From NCBI GenBank assembly GCA_963662945.1, contig OY759974.1, forward strand, positions 1,888,001-1,952,000: DNA of 64,000 bases. The letters run 5' to 3'. The stretch's first letter is position 1; every line of letters starts with the position of its first letter. Under the pieces are notes generated by a model. The model saw nothing but the letters and a program-made list of their open reading frames with translations, made no database searches and was not told the DNA's origin. Origin of the DNA: Arcobacteraceae bacterium (GTDB lineage: Bacteria > Campylobacterota > Campylobacteria > Campylobacterales > Arcobacteraceae). Below are positions 49,700 to 61,782 of the stretch, piece by piece. Made by a program: the position numbers and the translations under genes.

Positions 49700-50475
49700 C
49701 GGAAGTTATAACAATCGCAAACCAAAAGGGTGGTGTAGGTAAAACTACTACTGCTGTTAATTTAAGTGCAGCTTTAGCCCTGGAAGGGAAGAGAGTTCTT
49801 TTACTTGATGCAGATCCACAATCAAATGCTACAACAAGTCTTGGATTTCACAGAGATTCTTATGAATACAATTTATATCATGTAATGTTAGGTACGAAAG
49901 ATTTACAAGATATTGTTTTAGATGTAAAAGATATTGAAAATCTTTTTGTTGCACCCTCAAATATTGGTTTAGTAGGGATTGAAAAAGAGTTTTATAAAAA
50001 TACTAAAGACCGAGAATTAGTATTAAAAAGAAAAATTGATCCTATAAAAAATGATTATGATTTCATCATTATTGATTCACCACCGGCACTTGGACCACTT
50101 ACAATTAATACATTAAGTGCTGCAACATCTGTACTTATACCAATTCAATGTGAATTTTTTGCACTTGAAGGATTAGCACAACTTTTAAATACAGTTAAAT
50201 TAATTCGGCAAACTATAAATAGGCAACTAGATATTAAAGGTTTTTTACCAACAATGTATAGTGCTCAGAATAATTTATCAAAACAAGTATTTTCGGATCT
50301 TGCAAAACATTTTGAATCAAAACTATTTAAATTAAATGATGAATCATACGTTGTTATTCCTAGAAATATTAAACTAGCAGAAAGTCCAAGTTTTGGAAAA
50401 CCAATTATGTTGTATGATGAAAAGTCAAGTGGAACAAAAGCTTACATTAATTTAGCAAAATCTATTTTGAGATAA
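49696..50475 (+). CDS. parA: Chromosome partitioning ATPase ParA/Soj
   Basis: NQKGGVGKTTTAVNL, DADPQSNAT, IDSPP, QCEFFALEG. Confidence 0.96.
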   Translation: MTEVITIANQKGGVGKTTTAVNLSAALALEGKRVLLLDADPQSNATTSLGFHRDSYEYNLYHVMLGTKDLQDIVLDVKDIENLFVAPSNIGLVGIEKEFYKNTKDRELVLKRKIDPIKNDYDFIIIDSPPALGPLTINTLSAATSVLIPIQCEFFALEGLAQLLNTVKLIRQTINRQLDIKGFLPTMYSAQNNLSKQVFSDLAKHFESKLFKLNDESYVVIPRNIKLAESPSFGKPIMLYDEKSSGTKAYINLAKSILR

Positions 50476-50485
50476 AGGGTTATTT

Positions 50486-51346
50486 ATGGCATTAGGTAGA
50501 GGATTAGGTGAATTATTAGGGGAAATCGAAACAGCTTATGTAAATAATAATGATCTAAATAGAAGTAATATACTCGAATTACATGTCGATGATATACAAC
50601 TAAATCCTTATCAACCAAGAAAAATCTTTAATGAAGAAAAACTAAAAGAACTTAGTGATTCAATAGTTAAAAATGGTCTAATGCAACCCATTGCTGTAAC
50701 AAGAGATGGTGATAAATATATTTTAATTGCAGGTGAGAGAAGACTTAGAGCTACCAAACTTGCTGGTATTACACTTATAAAAGCTATTATATTTGATGTA
50801 GATAATAGTAAATTAAGAGAACTTGCACTTATTGAAAATATCCAAAGAGATGATTTAAATGTAATAGAAGTTGCATATTCTTATGCTGGTTTAATCAATG
50901 ATTATAAAATCACTCACGAAGAATTAGCAAATATCGTATCGAAAAGTAGAAGTAGTATATCAAATATTTTACGATTATTAACATTAAGTAACTATACACA
51001 AAAAATGTTAGGCAGTGAAAAAATTTCACTTGGACATGCAAAACTTATTGTTGGATTAAGTGAAGATGAACAAAAATTAGTTGTTGATTCGGTAATTGGA
51101 CAAAAGTTAAGTGTACGAGAAACAGAAGTTTTAGTAAAAAAAATTAAAGATTCTACAGAAAATACACAAGAAAGTGTAAAAAAAATAAACAATAAGTTGA
51201 ATATAGATTATAAGCCTCTAGACAGCTTAAAAAAAGAGCTTAGTAGTAAAAATTTAGAAATAAAAGTTGATAAAAATTACTTTAAAATCAAAATTAACTC
51301 TCAAGAAGATATAGAAAATATCGTTAATTATTTTCAAAATCAATAA
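50486..51346 (+). CDS. parB: Chromosome partitioning protein ParB/Spo0J
   Basis: LGRGL, NPYQPRK, IAGERRLRA, LIENIQR. Confidence 0.96.
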   Translation: MALGRGLGELLGEIETAYVNNNDLNRSNILELHVDDIQLNPYQPRKIFNEEKLKELSDSIVKNGLMQPIAVTRDGDKYILIAGERRLRATKLAGITLIKAIIFDVDNSKLRELALIENIQRDDLNVIEVAYSYAGLINDYKITHEELANIVSKSRSSISNILRLLTLSNYTQKMLGSEKISLGHAKLIVGLSEDEQKLVVDSVIGQKLSVRETEVLVKKIKDSTENTQESVKKINNKLNIDYKPLDSLKKELSSKNLEIKVDKNYFKIKINSQEDIENIVNYFQNQ

Positions 51347-51444
51347 AAATCATAACCAGCTTTAATATAAATTATAGTTTCCTTTCGGTACAATACCCGC
51401 AAGTTTTAGTGTAACTAAACTGTAAAAATTGTATGGAGAAATAG

Positions 51445-51867
51445 ATGTTAGACATAAGTCCAATATTGCTACTTGGTTCAGGTTTAGTGTTTTTATTAGT
51501 ACTTGCAAGGCTAAATAGCTGTCTTTACAAGCCTTTATTTAAGCATATGGATGATAGAGATTTACAAATTAAAACAGATTTGGAAAACTCTAAAAGCAAT
51601 GCAGCAGAGGTAGAAGGTATGCTTGAGGAAGCCAATAGTATTATTGCTCAAGCTAAAAAAGAGGCTTTTTCAATTCGTGAAAAAGCTAAAGCAGAGGCTA
51701 TGGATTTAGCAGAAACAAAATTTTCAGAAGCAAAAGTTATGATGGATAGTAAGTATGAACAATTTATCAATACACTTGCAGATGAAAAAGTTGCTTTAGA
51801 AAAATCTTTAGTTTCTAACTTGCCTCTATTTAAAGAAGGCTTAAAAGCTAAGCTAAGCACAATATAA
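51445..51867 (+). CDS. ATP synthase F0 subunit b'
   Basis: N-terminal TM, LNSCLYKPL, coiled coil; first gene of the atp cluster. Confidence 0.88.
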   Translation: MLDISPILLLGSGLVFLLVLARLNSCLYKPLFKHMDDRDLQIKTDLENSKSNAAEVEGMLEEANSIIAQAKKEAFSIREKAKAEAMDLAETKFSEAKVMMDSKYEQFINTLADEKVALEKSLVSNLPLFKEGLKAKLSTI

Positions 51868-51880
51868 GGTGGTAGGAAGA

Positions 51881-52393
51881 ATGAAGAGAATTTTATTTAT
51901 GATGTTGGTTGCGTCACCATTAGCATTATTTGCTAATGATGCTAATGTGCAAACTGATATTTTAGAAAGAACAGTGAACTTCTTTATTTTCGTTGCTATT
52001 TTATATTATTTGTTAGCAGATAAATTAAAAACGTTTTTTACTGATAGAACAAAATCTATTCAAGCCGAATTAGATAAAGTTCAAGAGATGGTTAAAGAAT
52101 CAGAAAAAAAAGTTCTTAATGCTAAGCAAGAAATTGAAAATGCGAAAAAAATTGCTGATGAATTAATCTCATCTGCAAACAATGATGTAGAAGCAATAAA
52201 AAGAAAAATAGAAGTTGCTATGGAAAAAGATATAGCTAATCTATCTAAAAGTTTTGATGAAAAAACAGAACTTGAAACAAAAAAAGTAAAACGAGAAGTG
52301 GTTCAAAGTGTACTTGATCAATTATTAAGTAATGAAAATATAGATTTAACTCAAGAAGAGTTAACAAATATTGTATTGAAAAAGGTTGCTTAA
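51881..52393 (+). CDS. atpF: ATP synthase F0 subunit b
   Basis: TDILERTVNFFIFVAILYYL, coiled coil; ATG at 51881 (GTG at 51869 is an alternative). Confidence 0.9.
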   Translation: MKRILFMMLVASPLALFANDANVQTDILERTVNFFIFVAILYYLLADKLKTFFTDRTKSIQAELDKVQEMVKESEKKVLNAKQEIENAKKIADELISSANNDVEAIKRKIEVAMEKDIANLSKSFDEKTELETKKVKREVVQSVLDQLLSNENIDLTQEELTNIVLKKVA

Positions 52394-52924
52394 ATGGTTG
52401 AATTAGTTGCAAAAAGATACGTTAAAGCTTTGATGACTCAAAGAGATAATGACAGTTTGAATTCAGTTTATAATGAATTAGTAACAATAGCATCTGCATT
52501 TAATGATGAAAAATTTGTTTCAATTATAGCTTCAACAGATATTGCTGTTGAAATAAAAGTTGAATTAATAGTATCATTTTTAAATAATGGTAGTGTTACA
52601 GTTGTTAATTTAGTAAAACTTCTTGCTGAAAAGAAAAGATTAGATATTATCCCAGAGATAGTAAAAGAATTAAAAAAAGAATTAGCAGTTTTAAATAACT
52701 CTTATACAGGGATTGTTTATACAAATAAAGAGTTAAGCTCTGAAGATATGAATAAACTTAACGGACAATTTTCTAAAAAATTCAATGTTAATTTATCATT
52801 ATCACAAAATGTATGTGACTATGACGGTATAAAAGTTGATATAGATGGACTAGGGTGTGAGGTTGCTTTCTCTAAAGAGAGATTAAAATCACAAATGATT
52901 GATCATATTTTAAAAGCAGTTTAG
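52394..52924 (+). CDS. atpH: ATP synthase F1 subunit delta
   Basis: VAKRYVKAL, LLAEKKRL; position between atpF and atpA. Confidence 0.93.
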   Translation: MVELVAKRYVKALMTQRDNDSLNSVYNELVTIASAFNDEKFVSIIASTDIAVEIKVELIVSFLNNGSVTVVNLVKLLAEKKRLDIIPEIVKELKKELAVLNNSYTGIVYTNKELSSEDMNKLNGQFSKKFNVNLSLSQNVCDYDGIKVDIDGLGCEVAFSKERLKSQMIDHILKAV

Positions 52925-52944
52925 AAAAATAAAGGAGAATTTGA

Positions 52945-54462
52945 ATGAGTACAAAAATTCAAGCAGATGAAATTAGTTCTATAATCAAAGAAAGAATTGA
53001 TAATTTTGAATTAAATGTAGATGTCAACGAAACAGGAAAAATTATATCTTTTGCAGATGGTATTGCAAAGGTTTATGGATTAAAAAATGTTATGGCAGGT
53101 GAGATTGTTGAGTTTGAAAATGGTGCTAGAGGTCTTGCATCTAACTTAGAAGAGTCAGCAGTTGGTGTTGTTGTTTTAGGTAGCAGTGAAGGTTTAAGAG
53201 AAGGTACATCTTGTAAAAGAGTTGGTGAACTTCTTGAAGTACCAGTTGGTCCTAATGCTTTAGGAAGAGTTGTAAATGCACTAGGTGAACCAGTAGATGG
53301 TAAAGGTGTTATCGAATCAACAGAAAAAAGATTTGTTGAAGAAAAAGCACCAGGAATTATGGCTAGAAAATCTGTTCATGAACCATTAGAAACAGGTATT
53401 AAAGCGATTGATGCACTTGTTCCAATTGGACGTGGGCAAAGAGAGCTTATCATTGGTGATAGACAAACAGGTAAAACAACAGTTGCTATTGATGCTATTA
53501 TTAATCAAAAAGGACAAGATGTTAAATGTATCTATGTTGCTATTGGTCAAAAAGCTTCTTCTGTTGCGAACGTTGTTGGTGCTTTAGAAGCTGCTGGTGC
53601 TATGGAGTACACAACTGTTGTTACTGCAAATGCATCTGAATCTTCTGCATTACAATTCCTTGCACCATATACAGGTGTTACAATGGGTGAGTACTTTAGA
53701 GATAATGGTCAACATTGTTTAATTATCTATGATGATTTATCAAAACATGCAGTTGCATACAGAGAAATGTCATTATTATTAAGAAGACCACCAGGTCGAG
53801 AAGCATACCCAGGGGATGTTTTCTACCTACATTCAAGACTACTTGAAAGAGCTGCTAAGTTAAATGATGATAAAGGTGCTGGTTCATTAACTGCATTACC
53901 AATCATTGAAACTCAAGCTGGAGATGTTGCTGCGTATATTCCAACAAACGTAATTTCTATTACTGATGGACAAATATTCCTTGAAACAGATCTATTTAAC
54001 TCAGGTATTAGACCTGCTATTAATGTTGGTTTATCTGTATCTAGGGTTGGTGGTGCTGCACAAGTTAAAGCTACAAAACAAGTTGCTGGTACATTAAAAC
54101 TTGATCTTGCTCAATATAGAGAGTTAGAGTCTTTTGCACAATTCGCTTCTGATTTAGATGCTTCTACAAGAGCACAATTAGAAAGAGGTCAAAGAATGGT
54201 TGAGCTTCTAAAACAAGGTGTTAATAAACCACTTGTTATAGAAAAACAAGTTGCTGTTCTTTATGCTGGTGTTAACGGATTTATTGATGATATTGAACCT
54301 TCAGATGTTGTTAAATTTGAAAATGAGTTCCATGAATTTATTGAATCAAAATACTCAAGCTTATTAACAGACTTAAATGCTAAAAAGAAAATTGATGATG
54401 ATATTAAAGAAGTTCTTGAAACTGCTATAAATGAGTTTAAAACAATCTTTAAAGCAGACTAA
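52945..54462 (+). CDS. atpA: ATP synthase F1 subunit alpha
   Basis: [29 protein letters not shown]. Confidence 0.99.
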   Translation: MSTKIQADEISSIIKERIDNFELNVDVNETGKIISFADGIAKVYGLKNVMAGEIVEFENGARGLASNLEESAVGVVVLGSSEGLREGTSCKRVGELLEVPVGPNALGRVVNALGEPVDGKGVIESTEKRFVEEKAPGIMARKSVHEPLETGIKAIDALVPIGRGQRELIIGDRQTGKTTVAIDAIINQKGQDVKCIYVAIGQKASSVANVVGALEAAGAMEYTTVVTANASESSALQFLAPYTGVTMGEYFRDNGQHCLIIYDDLSKHAVAYREMSLLLRRPPGREAYPGDVFYLHSRLLERAAKLNDDKGAGSLTALPIIETQAGDVAAYIPTNVISITDGQIFLETDLFNSGIRPAINVGLSVSRVGGAAQVKATKQVAGTLKLDLAQYRELESFAQFASDLDASTRAQLERGQRMVELLKQGVNKPLVIEKQVAVLYAGVNGFIDDIEPSDVVKFENEFHEFIESKYSSLLTDLNAKKKIDDDIKEVLETAINEFKTIFKAD

Positions 54463-54474
54463 GAAGGATAATTA

Positions 54475-55362
54475 ATGGCTAACTTAAAAGATATATCAAG
54501 ACAAATAAAAAGTGTTAAGAATACTCAGAAGACAACAAAAGCTATGAAGCTTGTTTCTTCTGCAAAGTTAAGAAGAACACAACAATTGTCAGAACAAGCA
54601 AAAAGTTATGCTTTAAAAATTAATGATATTTTATCTGAAATTGCTACAAGAATAGCAAATGTTCAAGATGAAGCAAATATTAGTCGAGCTTTTGTTCCTA
54701 ATGAAAATCCAAAAACAGTTGATATTGTTTTTGTAACTGCGGATAAAGGTCTTTGTGGTGGTTTTAATATGACTACTATAAAAGCTGTTAGAAAACTAAT
54801 AGAAGAATATTCTTCTAAAGGTACTACAGTAAGATTAAGAGCAGCGGGAAGAAAAGGTATTGATTACTTTAATTTTCAAGGTAGAGAATTAACTGATAGT
54901 ATTGTTGGTTTAACATCTGCTCCAACTTATGAAAAAGCTTCAGATTTTATTGCTGATGCGTATTCAGAGTTTAATACTGGTGCAACAGATAAAATTATAA
55001 TGGTATATAATGGTTTTTTAAATATGCTTACACAAGAGCTTAAATTAAAAACAATATTACCAGTAGAGCTTAACTCTGTTTCAGTAGAGCAACAATCATC
55101 TTCTATGTTAGATGTAGAGCCGGATGATGATGAAGAGATTTTAAATGAACTAACATCTAAGTATGTTGATTTTAATATGTATTACTCTTTAATTGATTCA
55201 TTAGCAGCAGAACATAGTGCAAGAATGCAAGCTATGGAAAATGCTACTAATAATGCAAAAGAAAGAGTTAATGATTTAACAGTTGAATATAATAAAGCTA
55301 GACAGGCTGCAATTACAACAGAATTGATTGAGATCATTTCTGGTGTAGAGTCGATGAAATAA
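54475..55362 (+). CDS. atpG: ATP synthase F1 subunit gamma
   Basis: TKAMKLVS, DKGLCGGFN, ARQAAITTELIEI. Confidence 0.98.
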   Translation: MANLKDISRQIKSVKNTQKTTKAMKLVSSAKLRRTQQLSEQAKSYALKINDILSEIATRIANVQDEANISRAFVPNENPKTVDIVFVTADKGLCGGFNMTTIKAVRKLIEEYSSKGTTVRLRAAGRKGIDYFNFQGRELTDSIVGLTSAPTYEKASDFIADAYSEFNTGATDKIIMVYNGFLNMLTQELKLKTILPVELNSVSVEQQSSSMLDVEPDDDEEILNELTSKYVDFNMYYSLIDSLAAEHSARMQAMENATNNAKERVNDLTVEYNKARQAAITTELIEIISGVESMK

Positions 55363-55372
55363 AAGTAAATAG

Positions 55373-56782
<1,410 letters not shown>

Positions 56783-56802
56783 TTGCTTAAAAAGGTATAA
56801 AT

Positions 56803-57183
56803 ATGGATACAATTAAATTATCAATAGTTACACCAAACGGAGAGATTTTTAACAATGAAGTTAAATCTGTAACTCTCCCTGGAAAAGAGGGAGAGTTTGG
56901 AGTATTACCTGGTCATGCTTCACTTGTATCTTCTTTAACAGTTGGTGTAATTGAGATAGAAAAGAAAGATGCTTTAAAAGAAGCAGTTGCGATTAACTGG
57001 GGACATGTAAAAGTTTCTGAAGACTCAGTAGATATATTAGTTGATGGTGCAGTTGCATTATCAGAAGGAAAAGAGTCAGATATATCTGCAAAACTGGAAG
57101 AAGCTAAAATTTTAGTTAATTCAGTACAAGATTCAAATGTTTCTATGGCAGCAGTTGAGTCAAAAATTAATTCATTCGCGTAA
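56803..57183 (+). CDS. atpC: ATP synthase F1 subunit epsilon
   Basis: IVTPNG, GEFGVLPGH. Confidence 0.95.
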   Translation: MDTIKLSIVTPNGEIFNNEVKSVTLPGKEGEFGVLPGHASLVSSLTVGVIEIEKKDALKEAVAINWGHVKVSEDSVDILVDGAVALSEGKESDISAKLEEAKILVNSVQDSNVSMAAVESKINSFA

Positions 57184-57191
57184 AAGATGAG

Positions 57192-57755
57192 ATGATAGAT
57201 TCAACATTGAATTATTTAGGTGGTAGTAGTGCTATATCTATTGGGGTATTAGTATTACTATCTCTTTATTTTATACTTATATTTTGGATATTTATTTATA
57301 AATATTTTAAGTTATCATCTGATATTACTACAGAGATAAACAATCTAAATTCACTCTTAGCTAGAGAATCAACAATCAATCCACTTTCAAGACTTGGACA
57401 ATGCCTAAGTAGAACAACTGTAAGTAAAGAATACTTAAATGTTTGTGAAACAACACTCATTAGAGATGCAAGTAGTGGTATATCTTGGTTATCTATTATA
57501 TCTTCAACAGCACCTTTTATTGGATTATTTGGTACGGTTGTTGGAATATTAGAATCATTTGCACGATTTTCAACTGCTAGTAAAGTAAGTTTTGCAACTA
57601 TTGCACCTGCAATTAGTGAAGCACTTGTTGCAACTGCAGCAGGTATCTTTGTAGCAATTTTTGCATATACATTTCATCAAATACTTACAAGAAAGGTTTA
57701 CGAGTTAAATACTTATTTAAAATCTCAAATAGATATTATTCTTAGTAGGAATTAA
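57192..57755 (+). CDS. tolQ: TolQ/ExbB proton channel protein
   Basis: STAPFIGLFGTVVGI, ISEALVATAAG; upstream of tolB-pal. Confidence 0.85.
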   Translation: MIDSTLNYLGGSSAISIGVLVLLSLYFILIFWIFIYKYFKLSSDITTEINNLNSLLARESTINPLSRLGQCLSRTTVSKEYLNVCETTLIRDASSGISWLSIISSTAPFIGLFGTVVGILESFARFSTASKVSFATIAPAISEALVATAAGIFVAIFAYTFHQILTRKVYELNTYLKSQIDIILSRN

Positions 57756-57760
57756 ATAAA

Positions 57761-58153
57761 ATGTATGACTATGAAAAAAAACCTGAACTAAACATTACAC
57801 CATTGGTGGATGTAATGTTAGTTTTACTTGCAATTCTTATGGTTACAGCACCTGTTTTAGAATATGAAGAAAACATTAATTTACCAAAAGGTAGTAAATC
57901 AGTTAAACTACAGGAAAATAATAAAATAGATATTCTCATTAATAGTGATAAAGTTATAAATATTGATAAAAATAATAAATATGAATTTGATAATTTTTCT
58001 GATAATTTTGTTTTATTTTCTAAAGATAAAGATAGAAATACACCAGTGCACATAAGAGCTGATAAAAATTTGAAATATGAAGATGTTGTTTATATTTTAA
58101 AAACAGTGAAAGAAGCTGGATTTTTTAAAGTTGCATTGATTACAGATGGTTGA
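57761..58153 (+). CDS. tolR: TolR/ExbD protein
   Basis: LNITPLVDVMLVLLAILMVTAP, IRADK. Confidence 0.85.
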   Translation: MYDYEKKPELNITPLVDVMLVLLAILMVTAPVLEYEENINLPKGSKSVKLQENNKIDILINSDKVINIDKNNKYEFDNFSDNFVLFSKDKDRNTPVHIRADKNLKYEDVVYILKTVKEAGFFKVALITDG

Positions 58154-58889
58154 TAAAAAGAATTTATATATTTCAGCTGTATTGGCTTTATTTATTTATG
58201 TTTTTTTAGTATTACTAATACTCTTATATTTAAAAGAGAGTAATGTTAAGAAAATTGATGCATTATCAAAAAATACTGTATTGCAATTAGATATAGTATT
58301 TGATACTCCAACTGATGAAAAAAAAACTATTAAAATCAAAAGTGAAAATAACAATGATTTAGCTCAAAAAGTAGTAAAAAAAACTACTTCTAATAGTTTA
58401 AAACAAAAATCTGATTTAAAATCATTATTTGCAGATGTAAAAACAAGTGCAAAACAAGTTGTAAAAGATGATATTTTAAATGTTAAAAAAAGTAGTATAG
58501 CTAGTAGATTTAAATCAAAATTTGAAAAAGAAAAAAAAGTTAAAGATGTTGTATTATCAGATTTATTAGAAAAACAAAATCAAAATAGTGTTAAAAAAGT
58601 TGTCTTAAGTGAGTCGAAAAATGAAACAGATCCTTATTTTTCAAAGATTTATCAAATGCTTTCATCACGATGGAGTCCTACAGTTTTTTCTAATAATCTT
58701 AGTGCTAGAGTGTTAGTAATTATCTCAAATAATGGGATTTTTAGTTTTAAGTTTATACAATACTCTGAAAATATTGGTTTTGATCAACAATTGAAAGATT
58801 TTTTAAATGGTGAAAGTTTAAAAAAATACCCAATAAATCCAAATAATAATACAACAAATATAGAGATATTATTTCAATCAAAAGGATAA
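58146..58889 (+). CDS. TolA/TonB-like energy transducer
   Basis: N-terminal TM, Lys-rich linker, TonB-C-like terminus; lies between tolR and tolB. Confidence 0.7.
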   Translation: MVDKKNLYISAVLALFIYVFLVLLILLYLKESNVKKIDALSKNTVLQLDIVFDTPTDEKKTIKIKSENNNDLAQKVVKKTTSNSLKQKSDLKSLFADVKTSAKQVVKDDILNVKKSSIASRFKSKFEKEKKVKDVVLSDLLEKQNQNSVKKVVLSESKNETDPYFSKIYQMLSSRWSPTVFSNNLSARVLVIISNNGIFSFKFIQYSENIGFDQQLKDFLNGESLKKYPINPNNNTTNIEILFQSKG

Positions 58890-58891
58890 AT

Positions 58892-60166
58892 ATGAAATTA
58901 AAACAGATTTTAATATGGTTGATATTAACAAATTATCTATTTGCACTTGATGCAACAATGGAGATAATTAAAAATAAATCTACACTTCCAACAATAAGTT
59001 ATGCCATATCAACAGATACTAAAATAGAAGATGATTTAGATAACAAAGTACTTTCATTAATAAAAAAAGATTTATTGGTAAGCGGACATTTTAATAATAA
59101 TGACATTAATATTGATAATAATTATGAAGAGAAAGCAGATTACAAAACATTACAAACTAATGGTATTGATTTATATTTAGTTTTACAATTGAAAAAAAAT
59201 TTACAGGATAATAGTGTAGTTGTAAATACAAAACTTTATGATGTAAATGCGAATAATTTAGTATTAAGTAAGTCGTATGTGACAACAGCAGAAGTTAGAT
59301 ACCCATTTCTTTCTCATAAAATTGCCATTGATATTAATAATTATTTAAAAGCACCATCAATAGAATGGATGGATAAATTTATAATTTTTTCAAGATATTT
59401 AGATTCAAAAACAAGTGAAATAGTTGTATCTGATTATACATTAACGTATCAAAAAGTTGTTGTAAAAGGTGGATTAAATATATTCCCAAAATGGGCAAAT
59501 AAAGAACAAAGCGAATTTTATTTTACAACATATAATTATGAAAAACCTACATTAGTAAAACAAAATTTATTTACATCAAAATCTGAAAAAATTTTATCTA
59601 GTGATGGTATGATGGTATGTTCTGATGTAAGTAGTGATGGAACAAAACTTATTGTAACAATGGCACCAAATTCACAACCAGATATTTATATTTATGATAC
59701 TATCAATAAACTTAAAACGAGAATTACCGAATACAACGGTATTGATGTAGGTGGAAGTTTTGTTGAAAATGATACAAAAATAGTATTTGTATCTGATAGA
59801 CTTAAGTATCCAAATATATTTGCTAAAAAGATAGGACAAAGAGGAGTTGAACGTCTTATCTATCATGGGAGAAATAATTCTCAGTGTTCAACACATGGTG
59901 ATTATATAGTGTATGCTAGTAGAGAAACAGATAATGAGTTCGGAGATAATGTGTTTAACTTGTATCTTATGTCAACATATAGTGATTATGTGAGACGTCT
60001 AACGACAAATGGTAGAAATCAATTTCCAAAGTTTTCATCTAATGGTGAATCTATATTATTTATTAAGAATGATACTAAAAGTTATTTAGGTATTATAAGG
60101 TTGAATTACAATAAAAGCTTTTTATTTCCACTAAAAAGTGGTAAGTTACAATCGATAGATTGGTAG
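58892..60166 (+). CDS. tolB: Tol-Pal system protein TolB
   Basis: Signal peptide; PD40-like repeats (SSDGTKL, IVFVSDR, PKFSSNG). Confidence 0.9.
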   Translation: MKLKQILIWLILTNYLFALDATMEIIKNKSTLPTISYAISTDTKIEDDLDNKVLSLIKKDLLVSGHFNNNDINIDNNYEEKADYKTLQTNGIDLYLVLQLKKNLQDNSVVVNTKLYDVNANNLVLSKSYVTTAEVRYPFLSHKIAIDINNYLKAPSIEWMDKFIIFSRYLDSKTSEIVVSDYTLTYQKVVVKGGLNIFPKWANKEQSEFYFTTYNYEKPTLVKQNLFTSKSEKILSSDGMMVCSDVSSDGTKLIVTMAPNSQPDIYIYDTINKLKTRITEYNGIDVGGSFVENDTKIVFVSDRLKYPNIFAKKIGQRGVERLIYHGRNNSQCSTHGDYIVYASRETDNEFGDNVFNLYLMSTYSDYVRRLTTNGRNQFPKFSSNGESILFIKNDTKSYLGIIRLNYNKSFLFPLKSGKLQSIDW

Positions 60167-60228
60167 TTATATTCGTTTAAGTATCAATAGTGTAGAATAA
60201 CAAGAACTAAAAAAAAATGGGGAAAATT

Positions 60229-60825
60229 ATGAAAAAAATTATGAAAAATACAATACTAAGTATCTGTGCGATAGGTTTATTAGCAGGTTGTACTTCTAAA
60301 GATGTTGATTATGATAACACAGCAACAAGTAATGCTCAATCAGTTGATGGAAAAGCAGGAAGTATTGGTGGTTCTGGTGAACAAGCAGTATCTGACAATG
60401 AAAAAGTAGTTACAAATACTTTAAAAGCAGTTACAAATGAAGGTGTTAACACTGTAGAGAGTGAAATCGATGGAAATACTGTTTTATTAGAATCAGTTCA
60501 TTTTGCATTTGATAAATATAATTTAACTGACGAGATGAGAGAAGTTGCTACATCAAATTATAATAAAATTAGTGCTACACAACAGGCTTACAATGGTTTA
60601 AAAATTAAACTAGAAGGGAACTGTGACGAGTGGGGAACTGATGAATATAATTATGCATTAGGTTTAAAAAGAGCTAAAACAGCAAAAGATGCTTTAGTAG
60701 CTGATGGTGTTGATGCTGAAAAAATTATCATGGTTAGTTTTGGTGAAAGTAATCCAATATGTACACAAAAAAATACAACTTGTTGGAAAATGAATAGAAG
60801 AGTAGATTACAGATTACTTCCATAA
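60229..60825 (+). CDS. pal: Peptidoglycan-associated lipoprotein Pal
   Basis: Lipobox LLAGC; HFAFDKY, EGNCDEWGTDEYNYALGLKRA, SFGE, NRRV; start uncertain (60217/60229/60241). Confidence 0.92.
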   Translation: MKKIMKNTILSICAIGLLAGCTSKDVDYDNTATSNAQSVDGKAGSIGGSGEQAVSDNEKVVTNTLKAVTNEGVNTVESEIDGNTVLLESVHFAFDKYNLTDEMREVATSNYNKISATQQAYNGLKIKLEGNCDEWGTDEYNYALGLKRAKTAKDALVADGVDAEKIIMVSFGESNPICTQKNTTCWKMNRRVDYRLLP

Positions 60826-60839
60826 TTTAAGAGTGTTTA

Positions 60840-61766
60840 TTGATTAAAGTATATATTTACCTATTTTTATTATTCAGTCATAGTGTTTATGCTGAGCAGT
60901 CTGTATTTGGTGCGGGTGATTTAAATTCTCCAACACCATATGGGTTGACACCTGCCGAAGAGGTGATAGTAAAAAATAAAAAAACAACTACAATCAATGA
61001 AAAAAAGATAAAAAAAGTTGATTCAAAAATTACTCAAATTTATGATAAAGTTGATGGTTTAGAGTCTTTATTTGAAGGTGAAAGTAGAAAGTTAAATGAA
61101 CTTTCTATGGATTTTAAAAAACAAACTACTCAATTTGAACTCTTACAAAAAACGTCAAATACTCACAATGAACAAATTGAACTTTTACAAGAAGATATTA
61201 TTTCTTTAAAAAAACAATTAGAATTAAATACAAAAAATATAGAATTATTAAAAGAATCATTTGATAAAATTGTTACATTAGCAAATAAAATTAATAAAGA
61301 ATATGTAACAAAAGATGAGTTTAATAAACTATTATCAATGTTAGATAAAAAAACAACAAGTACTAAATCAAAAAGTACAAGTAATGAAAATGTTCCAAAC
61401 AAGCCAAGTAGAGAACTTATGGAAGAGGTAAGAGAACTCTTTAAAAAAGATTACTTTACAAAAGCTATCCCTATTTTAGAACATTTAATTAGTATTAAAC
61501 ATAGACCAGCTGAATGTAATTATTATATGGGTGAAATTAACTATTATAGAGAAAATTACAAAGATGCATTACACTATTTTAAAACGAGTATGATGTTGTA
61601 TGATAAAGCAAAGTATCTTCCAAAATTATTACTTCATAGTGCGATTTCATTTGAAAAAATAGGTGATATGGGAAATGCTAAAAATTTTTACAATACAATT
61701 GTAGATGTTTATCCAGATACAGATGAAGCAAAAGAAGCTTCTAAAAAAATAAAGTCGATTAAATAA
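60840..61766 (+). CDS. CpoB/YbgF-like coiled-coil plus TPR periplasmic protein
   Basis: Signal peptide, coiled coil, C-terminal TPRs ending YPDTDEA; directly after pal. Confidence 0.8.
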   Translation: MIKVYIYLFLLFSHSVYAEQSVFGAGDLNSPTPYGLTPAEEVIVKNKKTTTINEKKIKKVDSKITQIYDKVDGLESLFEGESRKLNELSMDFKKQTTQFELLQKTSNTHNEQIELLQEDIISLKKQLELNTKNIELLKESFDKIVTLANKINKEYVTKDEFNKLLSMLDKKTTSTKSKSTSNENVPNKPSRELMEEVRELFKKDYFTKAIPILEHLISIKHRPAECNYYMGEINYYRENYKDALHYFKTSMMLYDKAKYLPKLLLHSAISFEKIGDMGNAKNFYNTIVDVYPDTDEAKEASKKIKSIK

Positions 61767-61782
61767 AAACAAAGGAAATAAT